From Cystobasidiomycetes sp. EMM_F5 (lineage: Eukaryota): 64,000 bases of DNA. The stretch lies in contig JBPGPT010000011.1 of the NCBI GenBank assembly GCA_051047955.1, positions 310,001-374,000 on the forward strand. Direction: 5' to 3'. How positions within the stretch are numbered: the stretch's first letter is position 1; every line of letters begins with the position of its first letter. Of this stretch, positions 40,454-52,909 are shown piece by piece. The notes below the pieces were generated by a model. The model was not told the origin of the DNA. It ran no database searches and worked only from the letters and a program-made list of their open reading frames with translations. A program made the position numbers and the translations under genes.

Positions 40454-43129
40454 ATGACCTTGCTGTGGCTCTGGGCATTTGCAGTCTTTCCTCTGCAAAA
40501 CATTCTCGCACAAAATGCTGCAAGCAATAGCTCCCTGGCACTCGGTCCGATAACGTTTGCTGGCTTCAACAACTACGTCTACCGGGATGAAGTGACATCC
40601 GCTGTAGCAGTGATATCGGGGTGAGTCTTTCTGACGGCTATGCTTGGTAGGAACGTGCTCACATTTACAACAATACATCAGCGGCACGTCCATTACGTCA
40701 AGTGGCACTCCGTCTCGCCCTGGCTCAAGTGGAAATCGCTTCATTATCGCCTTCCCGAAAGGCAATTCTGGAATTGGAACATATCTACTGCCCTTGAATG
40801 GTACACTGTCGACGACCTTTGACAACTCCTCATTCACATCAATCACTGCGCCCAACAATCAAGTAGGAGTCACGACTAGCCTCAACGTTTCTACAGATGT
40901 GCAGCTAGGCAAGACTCTTAGTGGGTATACAGCTTCGCATGTCTTGCATTATTGCTTACCCATTTCAAACCAGTCGGCTCGGTGCGAACAATCCGGGACT
41001 ATGTCGAAGGTAACGGGACAGAGAATGCCATCTTCAATTACACGCTAGGAACGTATAATGCAACGTCGTTCACGCTCATTCGCCGTTGGATAAACGGGAC
41101 CACAGTCCAATATCTGAATTTCGTGGCAGCAGCCAACTTCAACTTTACCGTAACCCCAAATCAGAATGCAACCCTGCCCCCTGATATCCGCATGATCCGA
41201 CCAGATCAGGCAAGGAACGGCACTTTGACAATAAGCACGACTTTCAACTTCACTGGACCTGGATCAAACTCTACAAACCTGACTGGACTCGGCAGGTAAG
41301 CAGCATTTCGAATAATCACAGTGCTTGCCTGACCCTTTGTCAGATCCCAATTATTCTTGACGACTGCACCTAACAGCAGTCAAACGCTTCTCCAGTCGAC
41401 CCTGACGGCTATCAATGGCCCAGGGGCGTCGATTGCAAATCAGACAGCCTTCTTGGCCTACTCAACCGAATTCTTGGCGGGGTCGTGGCGATTCTTGACA
41501 TGTAAGCGATACTATCCCCACACAAGCTTTCTGTGCGCGACTGAGAGGTCGAATACTATTTCCCAGACTTTGGTCGTGACACGCTGCTCACTTTGCGGCT
41601 TTTGATGCCAACGATGTCGTCAACCGCCAGTGAAGCCATATTGCGAGCCGTTATCGAACGAACACGCGATATTACAGTCCCTGGAGAGCTCTGCCACGAA
41701 GAGACAGTCGGCGATTATGCTTCATTTGTCAACTTGCAGAATAATCAGAGCTACTTGGGCAACTACCCGAGCTACAGCTACGTAATGGTCGATACAGATT
41801 TCCTGCTTCTTCCCGTCCTGAGCGAATATCTTCTGACAACTCCTCAAGGTCAAGGCAGAGCAGGAGCGTTTCTCAACTCGACGTCTGGCCTCAATACTGG
41901 CACACTTCTCAGCTTGCTGAGGCTGAACGTCGACCATGTCATGAACCTTTCACGCCCCTTCGCGGCGAACCAGACAGCGACTAACCTTGTTCGTATTCGC
42001 GACGCTAACGTCGGTAGGTCTACACATTCAGCTGCATATCGACGAAGTTGGTTGACCACAAACTCATTGCAGGCAATTGGCGAGACAGTAATGCCGGTCT
42101 TGGGGGAGGCAAATTTCCTTTCGATGTAAATTGCGCATTTGTGCCCGCCGCCCTTCGAGCCATCGCGGACCTATCCAACGCAGGAATATTGCCATCAAAT
42201 CATTCCTCCGAAGCTATGCGTTCCGCTTTGATCTGGGAGACTGCAGCTCCACCTTTGTTCGAGGTAGCTATCAGCAACGCGACGGCAGCTAGCAGAGTCA
42301 GCGCGTACATTACTGCCGCAAACCTCACAAACGCCACGATCAGCGGTGCGGGCGTCATGAATGGCTCCTCAGCTTCAGCCGGGTATAGCGATACCAGTCA
42401 GTTTATCGGAAGCGGAGCACCTTTCTATGCTCTATCATTGCTGGAGAACGGGACAACAGTCAAGATCTTGAACTCAGATCTATGCTTCTTGCTGGAATAC
42501 AATACGAATGTATCGGAAAGCGTTATACGAGCGACTATCCAGGCTCTGCAGCCTTATCCGCGTGGCTTGCTGACCAACGTAGGCATGGTAGTTGCCAATG
42601 CTGCCTACAGTCCCAACACATCAGATGCAGCCGTGAGTCACTCCAGCCTTACACGAGCTTCAAGCTTGACGTTCGCTGTTACCAGGTCTTTGCAAATTCT
42701 GCGTATCATGGAGCCGTCAGCTGGTCTTGGCAGTCAGGATTGATGGCGAAAGGCATTGCGAAGCAATTGGCGCTCGCAGGCGTTAGCAGTCCAAATCTTG
42801 ACGCACTGCCAGCAAACGCTACCAAACCCGCTTGGGCAAACAATGCAACCCTGGTCAGCCAACTACAGCAAGCTCAGACGAGGCTATGGGATAGCATAGC
42901 AGGCTCGCGGTCCGTACTTTACACCGAAGTGTGGAGTCCCGTCTACGATGCATCGCGAAACACATTCACCATCGGGGATCTTGGTACGGAAGGTAGGTTA
43001 TGAATGAGCTCGAGTATGAGCTTTGGCTGAGAAACGGCTTGCACAGGCGATGCTATCCAGCTGTGGAGTTACGGCTTCCTAGGGCTGGTCGATCCGCGAA
43101 CCAACCAGCCGGTAGCTGCTGGATTCTAG
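40454..43129 (+). CDS. Secreted six-hairpin glycosidase-like protein (glycogen-debranching-enzyme-like fold, uncharacterised)
   Basis: Signal peptide MTLLWLWAFAVFPLQNILAQ; FLAGSWRFLTYFGRDTLL, CHEETVGDYA, YVMVDTDFLL, GNWRDSNAGLGGGKFPFDVN, YHGAVSWSWQ, DAIQLWS; many N-glycosylation sequons. Confidence 0.8.
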
Positions 43130-43285
43130 TACATTGGCGTATATCAAAACCACAAACACAACAGCCGCATTTTTTCGAACATTCTTCTGTGTCATTTGAA
43201 TATGTTAAGGTCTTGCATATTGAGGTCGAGTCAGAGACAACAACAAGCCGGCAGGCGAACAGCAAACAGCATTTATCGGGGCATT

Positions 43286-43758
43286 TTAGTCTTCCTCCCT
43301 AGCTGGAGGTAAGCCGCAAGGTTGTAGCATCCGCTGTTGTACATAGCGAAATGATTCGATTGAGGAACCAGTCAGCCGGAAGAACGCTGGAGAGTCTGTC
43401 TTCAGGTGAGAGTCGCACCTCCATCATTTCGAACTTTGCTCGTCCTACCGACTCTCCGTCCGCAATGGCAATGTAATTGAGGAGAGGTGGATGTCCAATT
43501 ATTGATGCAAAAGTGTCTCGGTGCTGATGTGTGATCCATTCGCTGCACAACGAGAGTGTCAGCCATCCGTCTAGCGGCACAACTGCAGCGTGCAGGTATT
43601 GAAACGCACTACTTTGAAATGTCTGGATGCCCAGTGCCTGTGTATCTGGCGTGCACTGCTCGATACGCTTAGTTTGCTGGACGCATTGCAGCCTGGAGAT
43701 TGTGGGAACACTCACAATTCTCAAGCTGTGTATTCTGCGTGTAACGAAGTTCAGACAT
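43286..43758 (-). CDS. Small spliced hypothetical protein
   Basis: ATG 43758, GTGAGT donor at ~43715 joining in frame to ORF 43299-43817; a possible second intron gives ...YIAIADGES|TDSPAFFRL.... Confidence 0.4.
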
Positions 43759-43997
43759 CGTGATATGCGGGTTGTAGAGTGGATGTGTGAGTGTGCGAAG
43801 TGCAACTCGAGAAGCAATCCATGATCGGCTGGCGGCTATGACCGCGAGACGCGAAGATAGTTGCGCGAACACGATGCTATGTAAACAACATGCAAAAAAT
43901 CACAGCCAATGAGTCTCCCACTGGGCAAGCTCTGATTCCGAAAAGCACGGGATTGAGCCTTACGACCGAAGACCAGCTCCACTTACGAGCCGCTGCG

Positions 43998-45555
43998 TCA
44001 ACAGCAGCCGAACCACTTCTTCCTGTCATTTTGTTCGCCTCCGACCTTGAGTGACTTGTTTTTTCCTGCAGACGAAGCTGACATAGAGTCCGTTTCCCGC
44101 AAGCGGTCTTCACGATCCTGCCAAGCCCACCGAGCGGCAGCACGTTTTGCCAGATACTGAAACGCTTCATCAATACCATCTCCAGTTTTTGCTGAACATG
44201 TAAAATGTCGTATGCCGTCATTCGCGCCAAAAATTGTTGCATAGCGGGACGAAGGAGTCGACTTGGATATCAGAGGTTGTTCTACCGCAGCTGGACCTTT
44301 GCCCGCGTCATTCGCTGCAACAATGCTTTCATCCTCGTAATCTGACAGGAGAGAATCGGGTACCGGCCCGGGCTCGACGGGTAGCTCCGGTTCTAAAGCT
44401 AATTGCCTCGCAAAAGCGTCCTCTTCGGCTTGACTGACGGCTGCCGGAACCTCATCATGGTCTGCGTGACTGATAGATATGCCGTTGGTGTTTGTCCAAC
44501 TCCCTGGATGAGCGAGACTTGAGGCTGGAGTGTGGTAGATCGACTGTGAGAGAGAAGGGTGGTGAGAATTTCGAGGGTGCCGCGACCGTGTCTGATCGGG
44601 AGTGACCTCTATGCTTCTTCTGTTGATCTTTCTTGTGACTTTTGCTTTCACGGATTGCTCCGTGGAGTCCGCAACAGTGTCTGACTCAATTATTAGCGCA
44701 CACAATGACGTGAAGACAAGGAAAACCTACCATTTGCTACGTCCGTAGCGCTGTCTAATGTAAGATCACATGTACGACCTCTTGTGGATGTTTTCGTAGT
44801 GCATAACGTGCCTAACAATCTGACCGCTTCCGGTTCATCTAGCCATTCGTCTGGGTCTGTTGCATGTTTCAAGTCGCTTTTGTTGCCAATGCAAACGAAG
44901 GGGAAAACTTGAGATTCTTCCTCGGATATTGGACATCTGTCTACGAAGGACTGGAACCATGTCCCGACGTCCTCGAGCGTTTTACGCGAGTTTCTCGCAT
45001 AAACGAGAATACACGCATCAGCGCCTGGGGATTTGCGTGCTTTAGTACTGCACTGCACCTCTGTTGAGATGCTGAACACACCTCTGTAGAAAGCAGCGCC
45101 TAAGGCCTGTCGTGTTTGAAGGGGATTTAGTGAACAGCTCGTAATGCTTCAGAGAGGACGAATATCTTGCCTGAAAGCGTTCTTGGCCAGCTGTATGACG
45201 ATAGAACATAATTCAGGCAAGATTGAGGCGTAGGCAAAAGCGTACGTACCCGTGTCCCACAATTGCAATGACACCTCTTGGCCGTCATCTAGCGTTATCC
45301 GTTTTGTCTGGAAATCAGCCCCGATAGTCGCAATGTAATTCTGATGAAAGCCGGCTTGTCCACGATGATATCTGTTACGCAGGGATGTCTTGCCTGTAAG
45401 ACGTTTGGTTTCAGTACGATCAGTGCAGCATGACGCCGGGACCCAAACATGTCCACTCAACCTGTTGATGCAGCACCAATCAGCACAACTTTCAATGGCC
45501 TCGGAGGGCTGTTTGCGGAAAGTGTCGTCGTTGAGGACTCAGCCTCTGTGCTCAT
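43998..45555 (-). CDS. Rab-family small GTPase (Rab7/9-like) with a long insertion
   Basis: G1 GAASTGKTS, G2 ATIGADF, G3 WDTAGQERF, FYRGAD, G4 NKSD, G5 SAK, C-terminal CC prenylation motif. Confidence 0.92.
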
Positions 45556-45827
45556 GGATCAGACCAGACGCCGAAAGGATTCCGATTGTGTCAAAGCAAA
45601 CGCAACATTCGCGTAAACGATATGAAATCGCCATCAACCTGCATGCTGGCAACCATACGGAACTCTAACAGCTGGCAAGATCTCACATCTTCTTTCGACA
45701 CCCATCGTAGCCATTGCTACGTATATTGCTTGACAGCACAACATGAACTGCTCGAGCGAAAACGATAATACTGAGACATGCGAAGGACTGATTCAGCTAC
45801 CGTATCGTACAGTGAGACGCTCAGCGC

Positions 45828-46624
45828 TCATCCAGCCATGATCTGAAACACTGACACAATCAGCATGTTGGACGACTTTGATATATCAAGTCTCGTCAAA
45901 ACGAGGCAAACCTCACCTCTCTGACGAAAGCTCGATAGTCGATGCTACCGTCCGAACTTGTCTTGACGCCAGCAAGCAGTTCGTCTACTTCTTGGTCGGA
46001 CAGCTTTTCCCCTAGATTGGTGAGGACGTAGCGGAGTTCGCCAACGCCAATGTAGCCAGTCTGATCCTTGTCAAAGACTGCGAATCCGCGCACAAACTCC
46101 TCTGCGGATAGAGGATTGAGTGTATCATTCATTAGCTAATCTTCGCCAATATATGATGGCTGTATATAGGGTGCGGCGAATTGAGCGGGCAGCGCATTTG
46201 CACGACGAGTGTCGCTGCTAGACGCGCTACATTCATCGCTACAGATTTCAGACCCACCCTCGCTGCCTGCGCTCTTGTAGCCGTCAGGCCTGTGCAGTAT
46301 CCCGGTAAACGTATTGAAATCGACTGGTAAACAGAGCGCGCGTTGACGAGGCACAATAGAACGCTCAGTGCATACGCCCACACGTCCAACCGCAGCGATA
46401 CTCACTGTCCCTCGAATGCTGGCTGGCCAGCTCTGCGACTTCTGCCTGCGTCGGGTTCTGGCCCAGCGCTCTCAGCAGGTCGCCCAGCGATTCACGCGGT
46501 ATAGCTCCAGCGCCGCGTTTGTCGAATAGCGCAAACGCCTCTCGAATCTCTGCGTCAGACTGGTAGACATGGTCAGAATGAGACAGTGCCGCTTTGCAGC
46601 TGTCGTATCGAATGCGCTTGCCAT
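45828..46624 (-). CDS. MLC1: Myosin light chain (EF-hand, Cdc4/Mlc1 type)
   Basis: [42 protein letters not shown]...[36 protein letters not shown]; ends IMAG*. Confidence 0.93.
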
Positions 46625-46721
46625 TTTTTGGTGTTTGCAGCGCTTGGTGCCAGTCAAGCAAATGCAAAGAACCGGGGTTTTGCAACAAACCAATCTGCCG
46701 ATATTGCACTCGTTGACCACA

Positions 46722-47574
46722 ATGCGCACGACGCTGTGCAGATGCTTCAGTATGGCTAGGAGTCAACTGGCCTCGCCGTCTGCCATTTCCTTTGAAGCTG
46801 CTACGACGCCGGCGGCTAGTGGCAGCACTCCCAGAAACTCTGGAGCCATCGCACAATCCATCATGGACAGGAAGTCTTTTGTGCCAGATATGAAGAACGT
46901 GCAGAACGACGAGATACGGGGCCATTTCCGCAAGATGCTTGGCGTGTCGGCTCTGGCTGCTGGAGCACCTCCAGGTAAATTGCTGTCAAGCGAGTATTCT
47001 GTACGCTGGCTTACGAGAAGGCATGTTCCATCATTCAGAACAAGTTCAGAGAGATTATGAAGCCGGGACAAGCCAATCCCCCTCGCCAGATAGTCTAGCG
47101 AATCAATCAGTCGTCTACGAAATTCCTCCAATGGAGGATCCCCTGCTGCAATTTCTCACAAACCTCATGATGACTTCTGGCAAGAAGGCTACTGCAAGAA
47201 ATCATGTTTCTACCGTTCTCTCTACCATCCGATTACGTTCGTCCTCCGATCCACTTCCCATTCTTCGCCAAGCGATTCGTCTGGCAGCTCCAATGATACG
47301 GTTAACGCAACAGAAGCGAGGTGGAAAGAGCGAGTCTGTGCCAATAGCACTAGGAGAGCGTCAAAGTGTCAGGCTGGGGATACAAGCAATCCTGAAAGCG
47401 AGTGACAAGCGATCGAATCCAACAGCCGGCGGGTCAAAGGTTTTCGGCGAGCGCGTGGCATACGAGATTGAGGCGGTCATCAATGGGACGTCAGATGTGT
47501 TGAAGCGGAAGGATCAACTACACTCCGCAGCGACTGTCGCTCGGTCAAAGGTCGTCCAGAGTCGGGCGCGGTGA
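46722..47574 (+). CDS. RSM7: Mitochondrial ribosomal protein uS7m
   Basis: R/S-rich presequence MRTTLCRCFSMARS; DPLLQFLTNLMMTSGKKATA, AAPMI...RGGK..VPIALGERQ, LHSAA; 1 intron. Confidence 0.9.
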
Positions 47575-47647
47575 CACGACTGATGTATTACCACTGTAAT
47601 GTTACGCAATGCAAGTATCGATACTGTTGCCATGGCCAAGATCAATA

Positions 47648-47680
47648 TTATAGCTTGCTGGCTGCCTTTGCGACTAGTCA
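47648..47680 (-). other. Stop-codon read-through signal (TGA CTA) and extension encoding PTS1 (LVAKAASKL*)
   Basis: Minus strand reads AGT TGA CTA GTC GCA AAG GCA GCC AGC AAG CTA TAA. Confidence 0.85.
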
Positions 47681-48781
47681 ACTGTGTTTCGTAGCGGGCC
47701 ATGACGGTCTCGCTTCATCTACCGCCCTCCGCAATTGTTCGATGACTTCTTTCGGCTGAGGCGCACCAAAGACTGCCGTACCAGCAACAATAACATTACT
47801 GCCCGCATCAGCACACGGCTTGATCGTTTTCGGCCCTACTCCTCCATCGACTTGTATGTCTTTGGTCGGAAATCGTGCCCGCAGTTCCGACACCTGTAGT
47901 AAGACGTACATCAAGACATTTAGCAAAGCGAAATACATTGAAAGACCAAGAATCGCATGACTTGCTCACCTTTGGTATGCACTCTTCCATAAACTTCTGC
48001 CCTCCCGCTCCGGGGTGAACAGTCATTACGAGCAGCATGTCGGCCTTCTCCCCAATCTCGTCGGTGATGGCAGTCGAGGGCGTCTGCGGGGAGACGGCCA
48101 CACCACATCGCATACCCGCGGCATGAATCTGATCGATGACAGGAAGCGCCTTCTCTGTGTTGAAGTATGCTCGTAAGCGCTCTGTGGGTATTGAAGACGG
48201 CGTTGTCCTACCTGGACCTGTTGCCTCAATATGAAACGTGTATGACTTGCCGCCTGCCTCAGCGACGTCGTTTACCCACTGCAAGAGAAGATTAGACGGC
48301 GCAGATTGCATGGCTCAGACACCTCACTCTGGCAGGATCAGACACCATCATATGACAATCCATCCAAGCGCCAGTAACGGTTTGAGCAACGCTCTTTAGG
48401 ACAGGCGCGCCTGGATTTGACTGCGTCAGCCAGACAATGTTTATGTGAGCTATTCACCACTCTACCTATAGTGATATTTGGAACGAAATGCCTGTGAGTT
48501 TGGTAGGGTTCGTTGGATTCAGTAGGACGCGGCACCATCAGCTTGTGACGCACCCATCCATGACATCTGCACGATAGACGAATGTAAAGAGAGAGCAGAA
48601 CATGTCAAAGACGCAAACGGATGAGCTGTGCGCGTGGGACGCTGATGGCCGTACCCATATGTAGCCAATCTGCTCCATCCTTGATGATCCTGGTGCATTC
48701 GGCAGCCAATTTGCCAAAGTCGCTGGCGAGAACAGAGGGCGCAATCTTGGTGGTCGCAGCATCAGAGGACGACGACGACAT
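47678..48781 (-). CDS. RPE1: D-ribulose-5-phosphate 3-epimerase
   Basis: [74 protein letters not shown]. Confidence 0.97.
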
Positions 48782-51120
48782 GATGACCACACCGTGAAGC
48801 GTGTATGTCAAATCGCAACTGGCATTGCACTGGTGATGGTTGATCGAGCATTCGGTCGCTAATGCGACGGGCTTCGCGACACAAACACACCTGCAATATA
48901 ACAGCGGGTACACCTCCGTACATCTTGTCAAGCCCCACGGCGTTCTTGTGATGGGGCTACGTTTCAAGACGCTGACCGACATGCAAATACCGTATGCGTC
49001 TCAATGCAGTTTCGACATCATCTGCCTGTGCATTCTGGCCGAGCTCGGGAGTTGTACTATATCGTCGTTCGCCAAGGTTGCGGTCGACAATGATGTTACA
49101 GACCTCGTACGATTTCTACCGAACGCTGTCTCCACGTCATACCCTTCACTCGCCGGTGGGAAGGGTTTCGGCATCCAATGCGCATCTTCCTACGGTGGGT
49201 TTTTGAGATTACCGGCATCCGGTGGGTTCCGATGAGCGTACGATATTGGCCTCCTGGAAAAGCAGCGAATTGTGAACGTGTTTCGGGCGACAGGCTGTTT
49301 GTATGATCGACCAAGTAGACGGAAAGCACTACCCGTTCCTACATTCACTCGTTTCTTTGGCATCAATCCTCGTGGTCGATCCTCCACTTCAGCCCGAACG
49401 TTTGACGCGGCTTATCCTCTCCACTTTCTAGTCAACGCTTTTCGAAAAAGGTCAGATTGGCAGAAACCTCGCATACATTCCAGGACGGGCCCGAAACGGT
49501 TCGTATACACTGATGTGAAAATAATTCTGTTGCGCGGAACGGCACTCGACACCCTGCGCGGAACCGTTTCGACGCCTCATCATCGCTAAAGCATGGTCGT
49601 ATTTTGGCAAGCGTGAATAGTGTTAATGGACGTAGAAGAGGTTGCTGGAGTCCTTTAAAGTATGGTATTTATTTCTCACCGCGTCTTTTGCGAGACTGAC
49701 AATACCGACATGGCCCCAAAAACGCTGCTCTGGCAAAGTTGCGGTATCCCAGCGTTACACTTAGACATGGAGTACTGTAGTAACCTCAATTCGTCTTTAC
49801 GCCCATTCACACTCACCCCACTCGCTTATCAAATGTTCGTCAACTTCCTACTGACTCGCATCCCTGCATTTTTTGGGTTTACAAAGTGGGGCAAAAAATC
49901 ACGATGACGCTTGAGTGCCGAGCGCGTCCGTATGGCAGGGACACATTGAACGACGCTGGCTGCCAACCACTCTTGATATTCGAATGTATGACGACAGTCT
50001 GAAAAGTGGAGTCTTCGCAGCTCCTGAATGTTCGATTCCATCGACTCTGTCTCCCTCTGTCCTGCACACCATTCTTACATTTGATCTCCAGCTTCGTACA
50101 CTCGACTGGACCAATTGCTGCGCTTGTGTAGCACCTCCTCTACTACTGTAGGTGATTTGCCCTTGAAGGCTGACACCATTGTCGACTGACTCTTGAAGTA
50201 CCCCAGGAACCGCCATCCTTTTGTTGTCCGCTTGGCAGCCTGGAGGCGAGCGGAGAGGTGGTAGTCAGCGTCCTTTGTGAGTAAGTCATATCATCTGGTC
50301 TCTACAAAGGCTGCAATTGCCCTGCAGCTCTCCCTTTGCCGCCTCATAGCCCGCAACCTCGCCTTTTACGTACTTTGTCTTGGGCCCTGCGCCACAGCAT
50401 CCTTGATGACGGACATTATAAATGCTGACACTTCTTCACTCCGGCTTGGTCCCATCATTGCATCCTCATTGGCACAGAACTCCAATCACATCCGTACGTC
50501 CTGCCCTCAGCAACGCATACTTTGAGGTCGAACCGCGTTACGGCCTAGAATAGCAACGTTATCATCTCGATACCTATATCTTGTCTTGGACAAGCCCTCG
50601 TATCGATCTTTGTCGAGATCTAGGTATTACCCCACCGCAGCCCAAGCCGTTGAGTCGGAATCCTAGCCGTTCAACCGCGAAACATCCGCCAACGGCCAAA
50701 ATTTGGCTGGTACAAACAAATCATTACGGAGAGACAAGTACAAGCAAGCTATCGTGTAAGTCAGGCTTAAACACCATAAAGCGCATCTTTGGCTTATAAG
50801 CCGCCGATCTCCCAGTCGCGCCCTGCGAACTATGGTCAACTCTATTCAACTGCCCTCCATCAAGTTGCAACCAGACACGGAATCTCCCCTTCTCCGTGCA
50901 CCGTTTCGCTCGCGTACGCATACATTCCATTTTGCGTTCTCCCTCTAAGTGCCCGAGTGGCGACATAGGGAGGAGATGGCAGCCTCCCGCACAAACGGAT
51001 TACAATTGCTGACTTTGTGACTCTCTTTCGTTTTGCCTCTCATCTTCATATCCGCCCACACACTCTTTACACTGTCCTTACGCACCCACAGCTACATCTA
51101 GAGCTTTACAGGCAAGAGCC

Positions 51121-52743
51121 ATGGATACTATGCGTCTAGCTTTCCTAAACACGCCAGCTCGCTCGGCGCCTTTGTGTGCAAGCAGCGGGTCCTCATCACT
51201 GCCACCCAACAAAGATGCACTCAGTAGTATCAAATTGCCGGTTCTTACCAAGGATCTCCTCTACAACAATCTTATGAAGAGATCATCTAGTATCAGCGGA
51301 CCGTCTACGCATCGTCCACCTGCTCAAGGTCGCTCATATTCGGACGCTAGTCTGGATAGATGCACTGGCAACCATCCTGTAAGCTGCTTTGCGTGTAAAT
51401 AACAACTCGCAATGTCCTGCTAAATTTGACTAAATCCAGCAGCAAACCAATCTCGTCAAGTCACTGCCCTCGAAAGCTCATTTCGTGCACCGCTCTCAAG
51501 AGGATCTCTCAACTCTGAGAGACCAGCGCGTGAACAGCACGGAGAGCAGTGCCGGCAACTCTCCGGTTTCACAACCCTTTCACGATGGACGAGTAACTCT
51601 GGAAATGGCTATGTACGAGCAACCCCGCCGCAATCAAGCCGGAGATGGCGGAAAAACGCCGGTAGGCTCAATGCTGGGCGACTGCTCTCCTTCACACTCC
51701 AGACCTCGTACTCTATCCTCAGGCTCAGCCGACGTCCTCATCCAGCCTACCAAAGCATCCACCTTCACTATGATCAGTGCCATTTCAGCTCCACCACTCC
51801 CTCCGCAGATGTCGCGCGACGAGGACATGGAATCGTCTCCTCGATCCCGTGCTCATTCAGATTCAGTCTCATCCACTATCAGCAGCAATACCGAAAGTCT
51901 CTCGCTTTTGCTTCATGTAGCAGAACTCCAGGAGGAGCAGGAGGCCCAGACAAAAGCGCAAGAACCGTCCAGCGGTGGCATGAGCATTTCGAATTATGCA
52001 AGCGACCGTTACAGGCCTCACCAAGCTGCCGTGGCTCACGAGGCGCAAGCGCGATATGCACAATACCGTGTCGCGCAGCAGCAATCGCTTGATCATTATC
52101 GCCGCCTCCCTTCGCGCAGCATGTCCTACGGACAATCCAAAGTCGATGAGGCACTCATCCCTCGACATATTTCGCACTATGCACCGTACCCTCAATTCGG
52201 ACGCGGCCGAAGCACAACGTATCCTGGAATGACGCGTGATCAACAAAGGGAAGGACTGGCTCCCTCCCGCTCACCACCTGGGACTATGTCTGCCGAGCGA
52301 AAGCTACAGCTGCACGAGCTGAGGATGCAAGAATTTAGACGGGTACACGGGGGTCCCGCTTTCGTCGCACCTCTTCCAGCTTCACAAGCTCCGCGCTCGA
52401 ATGCTGCTCGCTCGAATGAACCAGCTTCTGACCGGCCTTTCGCTTGTCCAGGCTGCGACAAGACTTTCGCTCGCCGGTATGACCGGAACAGACACGCACG
52501 AAAGCATACTGGCGAAAAGCCCTATCAGTGCACAGCACCCAACTGCGGCGAGGAATTTGGCCGTCCGGATGCATTGCAGTGAGTCATGATACGCACACAT
52601 AGTCGACGAAGCGCGGCAACTGATTCCGACTGCTCTCTAGACGGCACTATCGCGCTCGACCCGAGTGTGCTGAGCACAAAGAAAGTCGTCCGGGCTCGCA
52701 AGGCTCAGAGTCGCCCCACGTGTCATCCTGCGATGAAGCTTGA
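51121..52743 (+). CDS. C2H2 zinc-finger transcription factor
   Basis: RPFACPGCDKTFARRYDRNRHARKHTGEKPYQCTAPNCGEEFGRPDALQ|RHY; long disordered N-terminus. Confidence 0.9.
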
Positions 52744-52909
52744 CCCTGTTGTATACCCTGCTTATGATCAATTGTTATTTGCGCTATTCTACAAGTAGAT
52801 AGTATCGACAACAATTATTGAATACCTCATGCAATGCTTGCGACGTTTGATGACTCAAGCTCCACTCGCAGCGGACTGCAACGACAGTAGTGTTTTGCAG
52901 CGCTTTGGA

